A stretch of DNA of 32,000 nucleotides from contig NC_002939.5 of NCBI RefSeq assembly GCF_000007985.2, positions 3,450,001 through 3,482,000 on the forward strand, read 5' to 3'. The DNA comes from Geobacter sulfurreducens PCA. GTDB lineage: Bacteria > Desulfobacterota > Desulfuromonadia > Geobacterales > Geobacteraceae. A model generated the notes under the pieces. It was not told where the DNA came from. It saw only the letters and a program-made list of their open reading frames with translations, and searched no databases. The position numbers and the translations under genes were made by a program. Positions 8,388 to 16,222 of the stretch are shown one piece after another. The first letter of the stretch is position 1; every line of letters begins with the position of its first letter.

Positions 8388-9041
8388 TCAGTGGCCGTGG
8401 CTCACATGGGCATCGCCGTGGCCGTGAGGCGCCTTCGTCCCGGTCGGACCGCCATGGTGGGCGGCGTGTCCTTCCGCGGCCTGGTGGAGGCGCTCCACGT
8501 AGTGAGTGTACTCCACGTAGGCTGCCACGTACTTCCGGCCGGCCGCCACGCTCTCGTCCTTGTGCTTCTTCGCCTCGACAACCCGGTCGAAGCGCTCGCG
8601 GATACCGGCGGCAACCGCATCGGTGACGATCTTCACGAGTTCGGTCGATGACCCCGACGCCAGGGCCTCATCGGCCGCCGCCACCGGGGGCTCCACCGTG
8701 CCGGCGGGTTTGAGCCCGGTAAAGGGAGCCCCTTCTGCGGTCCGGTGGACCTTCACCAGCGAGGTGAAAAAGCGGTGCTCGGCCGCCTCCTTCGCCTTCG
8801 TCCCCTTCTGCGCTGCGGCTACGGCTTCTTTGAAGGAAGCGCGGACCGTGGGCTCATCCTTCTCCCGGACCCATTTGAGGACCGGGGTGACGTCGTTCTT
8901 CTTCAGGGCGATACGGGCATCCTGGATGACCGGGCCGTCCATGGTGTCGCAGTGGGCCCGGGCGCTGCCGGCGGACAGGGTGACCCCGGCGGAGAGAAGG
9001 GTTAGATAAAGGGCGGGGATAACAATGGTCTTCCTGTTCAT
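8388..9041 (-). CDS. Secreted/periplasmic protein of unknown function (DUF6448-like) with a His-rich C-terminal tail.
   Basis: 217 aa. Signal peptide MNRKTIVIPALYLTLLSAGVTLSAGSARA, then HCDTMDGPV at the mature N-terminus. The C-terminus is HQAAEGHAAHHGGPTGTKAPHGHGDAHVSHGH. AGGAGA RBS is present. The family assignment is from memory of the HCDTxDGPV motif and is tentative. Confidence 0.7.
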   Translation of the reverse strand: MNRKTIVIPALYLTLLSAGVTLSAGSARAHCDTMDGPVIQDARIALKKNDVTPVLKWVREKDEPTVRASFKEAVAAAQKGTKAKEAAEHRFFTSLVKVHRTAEGAPFTGLKPAGTVEPPVAAADEALASGSSTELVKIVTDAVAAGIRERFDRVVEAKKHKDESVAAGRKYVAAYVEYTHYVERLHQAAEGHAAHHGGPTGTKAPHGHGDAHVSHGH

Positions 9042-9085
9042 GGTTCCGGTTCTCCTTCACGTCGTTGTGATGGGTGGAGACTGCC

Positions 9086-9163
9086 TCACTCTCTTTTCCA
9101 GAGCAGGGCGGCCGCCGCAACGAGCCCCCAGCAAAGGGCCTGTCCTGCGATGAAATACTCCAT
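9086..9163 (-). CDS. Possible 25-aa hydrophobic micro-protein: MEYFIAGQALCWGLVAAAALLWKRE.
   Basis: Hand-translated ORF in the 150-bp gap between the PAS gene and the His-rich protein gene, on the same strand as its neighbours. GAAGGAA lies about 6 nt upstream of the ATG. It has one predicted TM helix and a basic C-terminus. There is no homology evidence. Confidence 0.3.
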   Translation of the reverse strand: MEYFIAGQALCWGLVAAAALLWKRE

Positions 9164-9190
9164 GCGGTTCCTTCTTTTCGCGCCTACGCG

Positions 9191-9646
9191 CTACCGGCCG
9201 GGCCGGTCGGCGCCGCAGCACCGTTCCAGCTCCGCCAGGCGCTCTTTCATATCCTTTTCCTTCAGCCAGCGATCGGTCACGTCGCGGATCACGGCGCCGC
9301 TGCCGGCCATGGTACCGGCCTCGTCGCGCACGAGCGCCATGGAGAATTCGGTGGACAGGCGACTGCCGTCGGCCCGCAGGGCCGGTGCCGTGAGCAGCTT
9401 GGTGCCATAGCGGGTCGTACCGGTCTCCATGACCCGGCGGTACCCTTCCCAGTGACGGGCCCGCAGGTTTTCGGGAATGATGAGGTCCAGGGACTGCCCC
9501 ACCGCCTCGGCTGCGGCAAAGCCGAACATCCGTTCAGCCCCGGGGCTCCAAAGACGGATGACCCCCTCCCGGTCGGCGTAGACAACGGCATCGGGAACTC
9601 CCTCGGCAACCAAGCGGTACAGGACATCGTTCGTATCGTCAGCCAT
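9191..9646 (-). CDS. Stand-alone PAS domain protein.
   Basis: 151 aa. PDAVVYADREGVIRLWSPGAERMFGFAAAEAVGQSLDLIIPE...GAVIRDVTDR is a canonical PAS fold signature. AGGAGG RBS is present. Confidence 0.85.
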   Translation of the reverse strand: MADDTNDVLYRLVAEGVPDAVVYADREGVIRLWSPGAERMFGFAAAEAVGQSLDLIIPENLRARHWEGYRRVMETGTTRYGTKLLTAPALRADGSRLSTEFSMALVRDEAGTMAGSGAVIRDVTDRWLKEKDMKERLAELERCCGADRPGR

Positions 9647-9723
9647 GCAACACCTCCTGTTCTCCCACGTTGAATGATAAACGGTACCCCGTCTTGGACG
9701 GGGGTCAAGCCCCTCCCATCCTC

Positions 9724-10731
9724 TCAGTGGCTCAGGTACGGCACCATGGGGATGAGCTGCCGGTAGTCCTCATAGGTAAGTGAGCTCTGCCAGGCGCCGG
9801 TGGCCATACCGGTGCCGATGCCGGCGGCGAAGAGGAGCAGCACCACGGCAGGGAACACCCATGCCGGGAGCGGCTGTCGCCAGAGGGGTGGCGCCATCCG
9901 GAGCACCTCCCGTTGGGGACAGCTGGCCACGCAGGTGAGGCAGCCGGTGCATTCGGCGGAGCGGATTGTCTCGCGCTCGTGGACCGGAAGCCCGGACGGG
10001 CAGGCCCTGGAGCAGCTGCGGCAGCCGGTGCAGCCGGCCGCGTCGCGCCGGATCTTGAAGGGACTCAGAAAACTCGCCACCCCCAACAGCGCGCCGTAGG
10101 GGCAGAGATAGCGGCACCAAGCGTTTTTGTAGAGCAGCGACAGTGCCGTGAGTACGAGGAGAGTCGCCACGGTGGTGCCCGACATCCGAGTAAAGAAGTG
10201 AAGCATCTTCACGTCGCTCACGGCCCAGTAGGGGGTTTCGAGAAAGGCCGCCAGGGCAAAGACCGGCATGTCGACCAGGATGATCTTGACGAAAAAGAGA
10301 AGCAGCAGGTACTTCGCCCCCCGCAGGACCCGGTCGAGCCGGGGCCAGACCCGGAAGTTGCGGCCAAAGAGCCGTTGTCCCAGCTTCCAGGCCGCCTCCG
10401 ACAGGGTCCCCACCGGACAGAGCCAGGAGCAGAACGACTTCTTCGCCACAAGGCTCATGCCGACGATGGTCAGGAAGATGACCAGGGCTGCCGGGTGGAC
10501 CGGGTTGATGGTGCCGGTGGCAAGCCAGAGCTTCGTGCCGGCCAAGGCACCGATGGGAAGAAATCCCTCCACTCCCGGCGGGCGGGAAATCAGCGGCGTT
10601 GCGCCGCCGGTCTCGAAGTGGCGGACAAAGACGCCGAAGCGGATGCCGATGACGACAACCCAGGCGAAGAAGCCCCACTGGACCAGGGAGCGCCAGAGGG
10701 TGATACGTGCATGCTGATGCCGATTGTTCAT
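9724..10731 (-). CDS. Integral-membrane 4Fe-4S polyferredoxin of the NapH/MauN/YccM type.
   Basis: 335 aa. It has several TM helices, two cytoplasmic-loop CxxCP motifs (CSWLCPVG, CRYLCPYG), and two C-terminal ferredoxin motifs (CTGCRSCSRACP, CTGCLTCVASCP). Confidence 0.85.
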   Translation of the reverse strand: MNNRHQHARITLWRSLVQWGFFAWVVVIGIRFGVFVRHFETGGATPLISRPPGVEGFLPIGALAGTKLWLATGTINPVHPAALVIFLTIVGMSLVAKKSFCSWLCPVGTLSEAAWKLGQRLFGRNFRVWPRLDRVLRGAKYLLLLFFVKIILVDMPVFALAAFLETPYWAVSDVKMLHFFTRMSGTTVATLLVLTALSLLYKNAWCRYLCPYGALLGVASFLSPFKIRRDAAGCTGCRSCSRACPSGLPVHERETIRSAECTGCLTCVASCPQREVLRMAPPLWRQPLPAWVFPAVVLLLFAAGIGTGMATGAWQSSLTYEDYRQLIPMVPYLSH

Positions 10732-10806
10732 GGGTAGTGCCTCGCGCAGCAGCGGTACCGGAGCCGGCAGGGACTGATACCGGCCCCGGCCCCGCTGCCA
10801 TCGTGA

Positions 10807-12279
10807 CTACTTTTCCTTGGCCGCCAACGGGTCCTTGATCTCGTGCTCGGCCTTGAACATGAGCTTCTTCACTCCGCGGTTGTTCGTGTACTTGGCCAGC
10901 TCCAGGTCGACCTTGAGGGGAACCGTCACCCCGGCCTTGGCCAGGGCCTGCCGCAGGAACCCTTCGGCCTTGCCCGCGTGGGCAGCGGCGTCGCCCGTTA
11001 TTCGCAGAGCTTCGGTGGGATTATGGAAACCGATCGAGTTCTCGGCGCCGATGAAGACTACCCGGTAGAACGCCTCTTCGTAGTGATCCCTGGCTTGGTC
11101 ATAGAGGGCCTTGTCGATCTGCTTGCCTTCGGCCTGGGCCTTGTGGGCCATTTCGAAGAGCTTGGCCACGGTGGCAGTGGCGTATCCGGCCCGGATGAAC
11201 TGGGACATGGTCCGGTCCTGGATGGCGTACACCTGATTACGGAGCCATTCGGGACTCTCGGCATGGCACTGCTGGCACGCCTTGAGATCGTTCTTGAGGG
11301 GGCTCATGACCCGGTGGTCGGAGACCTTGCGGGTGCCCACCTTGGTGTAGGGCATGTGGCAGTCGCTGCAGGCGACCCCCGCCTGCCAGTGGACACTGTT
11401 GTTGGAGAAGAGCTCGAACTCGGGGTGGCGGATGAAGGCGAGTTTGAAGCCGGTTACCCCTTGGGTCCACTCGCGGTTTGCCGGGTTGCTCCGCAGTTTT
11501 GCGATGATGTTCTCGATGGTAATGCCGCCATAGCTGCTGCCATCCCAGGGGAAGAACACATCGGTCGACTTCATGTTCTCGTCCTTGGGAATGCTGTAGG
11601 TGACGTGGCACTGGGCACAGACCAGGGTCCGCTTGTCCTGGGTGGAGAGCTTCTCCTGATCCACGCCGAGCTTTTCCAGGGCCTTGCCGAGGGTGAACCC
11701 CCGCGAGACCTTCAGGGACAGGTCATTGTTGTTGTGGCAGTCGATGCAGGCCACGCCCAGCATCTGGTGCTCCTTGGGGATCTGGGCATGGACTTCCTTG
11801 TAGGGTTTGGAGAAGTAGTCCTTGCCGAGGCGCTGCTGCAGGGCCGGCGCATAGGGGGTCTTGCAGGTGAGACAGGAGCCTCCCGCCTTGACTCGCCCCG
11901 GGTCAACTTCGAACTGGTCCCGCACCATGTGGGCATGGCCCCTGGGCTCCTTGTACTCCACGCCGAACCCCCAACCGTTGTAGAGGAGCGCCAGGAAGGG
12001 GAACTCGTCCAGCTTGTCGTAGAAAACGCCGTCGTCGTCATACCCCTTCTTGTACCGGCTCTTACCCGCCACGGTGGGCTCTTCGGTCTTTTTCCAGAGA
12101 TCGTAGTGGACCGGGTAGGCCTTTCCCCATTCGGCCGGGTCGATGGTACCGTCGGGGATGGCGACCCTGCCGGCCTGTTCCACCTTCTTGGGGGCACAGC
12201 CGGCTCCGGCCGCCGCCACCGCTGCCGTTGCGGCCAGGGCAGTCACGACGGCCCAACGCTTCATGCTTCTCTTACTCAT
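10807..12279 (-). CDS. nrfA: Ammonia-forming pentaheme cytochrome c nitrite reductase NrfA.
   Basis: 490 aa. Signal peptide, the diagnostic CxxCK active-site heme motif (CLTCK), and four CxxCH motifs (CIDCH, CAQCH, CSDCH, CQQCH). A strong AGGAGAGGAG RBS is present. Confidence 0.95.
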   Translation of the reverse strand: MSKRSMKRWAVVTALAATAAVAAAGAGCAPKKVEQAGRVAIPDGTIDPAEWGKAYPVHYDLWKKTEEPTVAGKSRYKKGYDDDGVFYDKLDEFPFLALLYNGWGFGVEYKEPRGHAHMVRDQFEVDPGRVKAGGSCLTCKTPYAPALQQRLGKDYFSKPYKEVHAQIPKEHQMLGVACIDCHNNNDLSLKVSRGFTLGKALEKLGVDQEKLSTQDKRTLVCAQCHVTYSIPKDENMKSTDVFFPWDGSSYGGITIENIIAKLRSNPANREWTQGVTGFKLAFIRHPEFELFSNNSVHWQAGVACSDCHMPYTKVGTRKVSDHRVMSPLKNDLKACQQCHAESPEWLRNQVYAIQDRTMSQFIRAGYATATVAKLFEMAHKAQAEGKQIDKALYDQARDHYEEAFYRVVFIGAENSIGFHNPTEALRITGDAAAHAGKAEGFLRQALAKAGVTVPLKVDLELAKYTNNRGVKKLMFKAEHEIKDPLAAKEK

Positions 12280-12324
12280 ATCGCTCTCCTCTCCTGCGCT
12301 AAATGCATGCTCTGTCCCGGCCCG

Positions 12325-12789
12325 TCACCGGGTGGCCATGGCGCCGGTCAGCTTGTGCCGCAGCTGCCGGTGACAGCCCCAACACTGGCGGGTCCGGTCC
12401 ATGGTGGTCACCGTCGCCTCGTGGCACCGGACGCAGTTCTGCTGGACGACTTTTGCCCCATGGGACGACAGCTTGATCGGATCGGGGACATGGCCCGAAT
12501 AGAAGGCCACCACATCCTTCATGCCGTCGATGGATTTCCAGACGTAGTGCGCGACCGGATTGCCGTTGGGAAGATGGCAGTCCACGCACCTGATCCTCCG
12601 GTGGGCGCCGGCGTGGCTCCAAGCCTCGTGCTGCTCACCCATCACGTGGCAGCCGGCGCAAAATGCCGGCGACTCCGAGTGCTCCAGCAGCCGGGGCGGC
12701 CCCACCAGCGCGAATGCCGCTACCGCCACACCGGCAATACCAGTGATAATCGTGGTCGCCAGGACCTGTCGTGACAACGAGATTCCCAT
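12325..12789 (-). CDS. nrfH: Tetraheme NapC/NirT-family quinol dehydrogenase NrfH.
   Basis: 154 aa. N-terminal TM anchor and four CxxCH motifs (CAGCH, CVDCH, CVRCH, CWGCH). It lies directly upstream of nrfA. Confidence 0.92.
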   Translation of the reverse strand: MGISLSRQVLATTIITGIAGVAVAAFALVGPPRLLEHSESPAFCAGCHVMGEQHEAWSHAGAHRRIRCVDCHLPNGNPVAHYVWKSIDGMKDVVAFYSGHVPDPIKLSSHGAKVVQQNCVRCHEATVTTMDRTRQCWGCHRQLRHKLTGAMATR

Positions 12790-12878
12790 TCCATTCTCCT
12801 ATCGGGTGCGGCGCCCGCTCGGCCTGCGGCGAGTACCGGCGGTTGATATTTAGAATACAAACCATTGGCGCGGATGGT

Positions 12879-12892
12879 TTGACTCAAGTCAA
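12879..12892. promoter_or_regulatory. Putative CRP/FNR-family binding site upstream of nrfH.
   Basis: Perfect palindrome TTGAC-tcaa-GTCAA (FNR consensus is TTGAT-N4-ATCAA). It is centred about 96 nt upstream of the nrfH ATG. A TATTCT hexamer (complement of 12852-12857) sits at the spacing expected for a class II (-41.5) promoter. Confidence 0.5.
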
Positions 12893-12921
12893 CAGCTCGA
12901 ACATTCACACCCGTCAACTGA

Positions 12922-12935
12922 CGGCACCGGCATTG
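12922..12935 (+). promoter_or_regulatory. Putative sigma-54 (-24/-12) promoter facing the MCP gene.
   Basis: GGCAC-cggca-TTGC matches TGGCAC-N5-TTGC with correct GG-to-GC spacing. It lies about 110 nt upstream of the GTG at 13046. An inverted repeat CGTCA-ac-TGACG (12911-12922) abuts it. Confidence 0.5.
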
Positions 12936-13045
12936 CCCGCAAAAAATGCACTTTTTCATAAAGAATCTGCTTTGGTTGCCGATGTAGATTAGTAGTGGTT
13001 CAGTGCCAAACCGTATGAAGGTTTCCGTCCAAAGGAGGTACTACC

Positions 13046-14161
13046 GTGTTTTTTGTATCGGGGATGAAGAAGCAGTTGGAGGAAAAAGACGCCGAGCTTG
13101 ATGTGCTCAAGCAAATGCTTGAAAATGTGAAAAACATTGTGATGCTCTGCGATGCAACCCCTGAAAATACTATCTTCTACATGAACAAGGCGGCGAGGGA
13201 GCTGCTGGCAAAATACCGTGGCGACCTGAACGCCGGCCTGCGCGGGGCCGACGTGGCAGCAGCCATGGACCATTCCATTCACCAGTTCCACAAGGATCCG
13301 AACCGCGTACGCATGATCCTGGGCAAACCGGGCGAAATGCCCCATTCGGCCGAAATCCCCATCGGGGGAATAACGCTCCGCACCACATCCTTCCCCATCT
13401 GGGACAAGAAGAATCCCGGCAGGGTCAAATGCTACATGGCATGCTGGGATGACATCACCGCCGAAAAGGAAGTGGTGGAGCGCAACCATCAGGAGCTGCA
13501 GCGCAAGGAATATCTGGAGGAGCGGGTGGCCCAGATCGCCACGGCCATGGAAGAGATGAGCATGACCGTGACCGAGGTGGCCCGCAACACCTCGAACGCT
13601 TCCGATTCGGCGGTCCAGGTTGCCCAGAACGCCCACGAGGGTCAGGAAATCGTCAACCGGTCGGTCCAGGAGATGCAGAAGGTTGCCCAGATCGTCCGCG
13701 ATTCGGCTGCCATCGTCGACTCGCTGGGGGGCAAATCGGAGAAGATTGGCGAGATCATCAACGTCATCAATGAAATCGCTGACCAGACAAACCTCCTGGC
13801 TCTCAACGCCGCCATCGAGGCGGCCCGCGCCGGCGAACAGGGGCGCGGCTTCGCCGTGGTGGCCGATGAGGTCCGCAACCTGGCGGTCAAGACCATGAAC
13901 TCCACCAAGCAGATCAACGCCATGGTGGCCGAAATCCAGCGGGAAACCCGCCAGGCCGTGGGTTCCATCGAGAACGCCAAGCAGGAGGCCGAAGTGAGCG
14001 AAAGCCTCTCGCTCCAGGCGGAATCGTCGCTGGTGACCATCGTTCAGGCCATCGAGGAGATCAAGAACGTCATCACCCAGATCGCCACCGCCTCAGAGGA
14101 GCAGGCAGCCACCGCCTCGGTGATTGCCGGCAATCTGGAGGAAATCTCGCGCAACGGCTGA
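13046..14161 (+). CDS. Soluble (no TM) methyl-accepting chemotaxis protein with an N-terminal PAS-like sensing domain.
   Basis: 371 aa. The highly conserved signalling hairpin [37 protein letters not shown] is present. The N-terminus has no hydrophobic segment. AGGAGG lies 7 nt before the GTG start. Confidence 0.9.
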   Translation: MFFVSGMKKQLEEKDAELDVLKQMLENVKNIVMLCDATPENTIFYMNKAARELLAKYRGDLNAGLRGADVAAAMDHSIHQFHKDPNRVRMILGKPGEMPHSAEIPIGGITLRTTSFPIWDKKNPGRVKCYMACWDDITAEKEVVERNHQELQRKEYLEERVAQIATAMEEMSMTVTEVARNTSNASDSAVQVAQNAHEGQEIVNRSVQEMQKVAQIVRDSAAIVDSLGGKSEKIGEIINVINEIADQTNLLALNAAIEAARAGEQGRGFAVVADEVRNLAVKTMNSTKQINAMVAEIQRETRQAVGSIENAKQEAEVSESLSLQAESSLVTIVQAIEEIKNVITQIATASEEQAATASVIAGNLEEISRNG

Positions 14162-14208
14162 CCCCACGCCTGACTCGCATATCAGAGTGTTACGAAACTG
14201 CCTGCAAT

Positions 14209-14233
14209 AGCCCGCTTCTGCGGGCTTTTTTTT
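14209..14233 (+). terminator. Rho-independent terminator of the MCP gene.
   Basis: AGCCCGC-ttct-GCGGGCT followed by T8. Confidence 0.85.
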
Positions 14234-14321
14234 GCCCAGCCATCGAGGTTGTTGCCCCGCGACGGCGCATTGGTATATGGTTTTCCCATTGATCCAATGA
14301 CGATTGAAAGGAGACTCCTCC

Positions 14322-15122
14322 ATGGAGGCACTCGTGAACGGCATCTCCCTCGCCTATGACGACCAGGGCAGCGGTCCGCCCCTGATCCTGATCCACGGCT
14401 TTCCCCTCCAGAGAAAGATGTGGCATCCCCAGATCCAGGCAGTGACCGGCGCCGGCTTTCGCCTCGTGACCCCAGACCTGCGGGGTTTCGGCGAATCGGA
14501 TGCCCCGGACGGACCTTACTCAATGGAGATATTCGCCGACGACATCGTGGCGCTCATGGATCATCTGTCGATCGGGCAGGCGGTCATCGGCGGAATGTCC
14601 ATGGGAGGCTACGTCCTCATGAACCTGCTGGAACGCTACCCGGAGCGGGTTGCCGGGGCGTGCTTCATCGTGACCCGGGCGCCGGCCGACGACGAGGCGG
14701 GCAAGGCCCGGCGGCTGCACCTGGCCCAGGAGGTGATGAAGTTCGGGCCTCAGCTGGTGGCGGACGCGTTTGTGGAAGTCCTCTTCGCCGAGCAGAACCT
14801 CACGGAGCGGCCGAAACTGGTTGAGGAGGTCTACGGGTGGATGAGCGCCACCGATTCGCGGGGGCTTGCGGGCGGGCTCCTGGCCATGCGGGAGCGCACG
14901 GACTACGGCGCGCTTCTGGACCGGTTCCGGGTGCCGGCACTGGCCATCGGGGCCGAAGATGACCGGGCCATCCCGGCCGAATTCTCCCGGGCCATTGCCG
15001 CCGGCGTTCCGGGGTGCCGACTCTGTATCGTGCCCGAGGCAGGGCATCTGGCCAATCTGGAGCATCCGGGGGCCTTCAACGACTGCCTGCTGGAATTCCT
15101 CACCTCGCTCGGCAGCTGGTAG
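14322..15122 (+). CDS. Alpha/beta-fold hydrolase.
   Basis: PPLILIHGFPL...GGMSMGGYV (GxSxG nucleophile elbow)...GHLANLEHP (catalytic His region). Start placed at the ATG at 14322, 9 nt after AAAGGAG, rather than the TTG at 14304. Confidence 0.85.
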   Translation: MEALVNGISLAYDDQGSGPPLILIHGFPLQRKMWHPQIQAVTGAGFRLVTPDLRGFGESDAPDGPYSMEIFADDIVALMDHLSIGQAVIGGMSMGGYVLMNLLERYPERVAGACFIVTRAPADDEAGKARRLHLAQEVMKFGPQLVADAFVEVLFAEQNLTERPKLVEEVYGWMSATDSRGLAGGLLAMRERTDYGALLDRFRVPALAIGAEDDRAIPAEFSRAIAAGVPGCRLCIVPEAGHLANLEHPGAFNDCLLEFLTSLGSW

Positions 15123-15130
15123 CGGACATG

Positions 15131-15153
15131 AAAAAGCCCGCGGGATGCGGGCT
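15131..15153 (-). terminator. Rho-independent terminator of the cysteine synthase gene, lying between convergent genes.
   Basis: AGCCCGC-auccc-GCGGGCU followed by UUUUU on the minus strand. There is no U-tract on the plus strand. Confidence 0.75.
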
Positions 15154-15182
15154 GGTGGTGCAACGTCAGGCACATGCGCCTC

Positions 15183-16109
15183 TCAGGGAGGGCACTTGCC
15201 GCAAACCGACCGGAACAGGACCGTGCTGAGATAGCGGTCCCCCCGGTCCGGCAGGAGCACTACGATGGTGCTGCCTGCCGGGGCATCCCGTGCCACCTGG
15301 ACGGCACCCGCCACGGCGGCGCCGCTGGACATCCCCACGAAAAGGCCCTCGCGGGCGGCCAGCTCACGGGCCGTGTCGAAGGCCGGCTCGTCATGGACCG
15401 TCAGCTTCAGGTCCAGGGCCTCGGGGTGGTAGATGGGAGGCACGATGGCTTCCTGCATGTTCTTGAGCCCCTGCACCTTGTGCCCCAATCGCGGCTCCAC
15501 GCCCACGATGCGCACGGAAGGCTTCTTCTCCCGGAAATAGCGGCTCGTTCCCATCAAGGTGCCGCCCGTCCCCATGCCGGCCACGAAGAAGTCGACGGCA
15601 CCGCCGGTGTCCCGGAAAATCTCAGGCGCAGTGGTCTCATAGTGAGCCAGGGGATTGTTGGGATTGGCGTACTGGTTGGGCATGTAGTAGCGGTCCGGCT
15701 CCTCTTCCAGGATGCGGTGGGCCAGCCGGATGGCTCCGTCGGTGGCCTCGTCGTGGGGAGAGAGGACCAACTCGGCGCCATAGGCCTCCAGCACGGCGCG
15801 CCGTTCAAGGCTTACGCAGGCGGGCATCACGAGCTTGACCCGGTATCCCTTGACCGTGCCGAGCATGGCCAGAGCGATGCCGGTATTGCCGGAGGTCGGC
15901 TCGAGGATGGTCTTCTCCGGCACCAACTCGCCGGACTCCTCCGCCTTGGCCAGCATGTAGAGAGCCGGACGGTCCTTGACGGAACCGCCCACGTTATTCC
16001 CCTCCAATTTGGCCAGGATGCGAACCCGCGGATTCGGGTTCAGGTGTCGCAGCTCAACGAGGGGGGTGGCGCCGATGCTGCCGGCAAGCGAAAAAGGGGG
16101 ATGCTCCAT
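15183..16109 (-). CDS. PLP-dependent cysteine synthase (CysM-like).
   Basis: 308 aa. TPLVEL...KLEGNNVGGSVKDRPALYML (PLP lysine motif, closer to the CysM GSVKDR form than to CysK)...EPTSGNTGIALA...GTGGTL. Confidence 0.9.
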   Translation of the reverse strand: MEHPPFSLAGSIGATPLVELRHLNPNPRVRILAKLEGNNVGGSVKDRPALYMLAKAEESGELVPEKTILEPTSGNTGIALAMLGTVKGYRVKLVMPACVSLERRAVLEAYGAELVLSPHDEATDGAIRLAHRILEEEPDRYYMPNQYANPNNPLAHYETTAPEIFRDTGGAVDFFVAGMGTGGTLMGTSRYFREKKPSVRIVGVEPRLGHKVQGLKNMQEAIVPPIYHPEALDLKLTVHDEPAFDTARELAAREGLFVGMSSGAAVAGAVQVARDAPAGSTIVVLLPDRGDRYLSTVLFRSVCGKCPP

Positions 16110-16222
16110 GGCAGGATTCCTCTAAACGGAAAAAGGTGCTTAATGCCCCCTCATGCTATACGAACATGCCGCAAAAAACAACATTCGCGAGCCACCTCGG
16201 CTTTTGCCGCCAGGAAATCCCC

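Noticed and set aside
10843-12774. 643-aa ORF on the plus strand spanning the nrfA/nrfH region.
   Set aside because: It is antisense to two genes with unmistakable heme-motif content. The translation is low-complexity (G/V/L/A/H/D-rich) with no recognisable domain. This is a typical shadow ORF in high-GC DNA.
12867-12883. TGGCGCG-N4-GTTTG as a sigma-54 promoter.
   Set aside because: The -12 element lacks the conserved GC at the correct spacing. The nearby GGCAC-N5-TTGC at 12922-12935 is a much better match.
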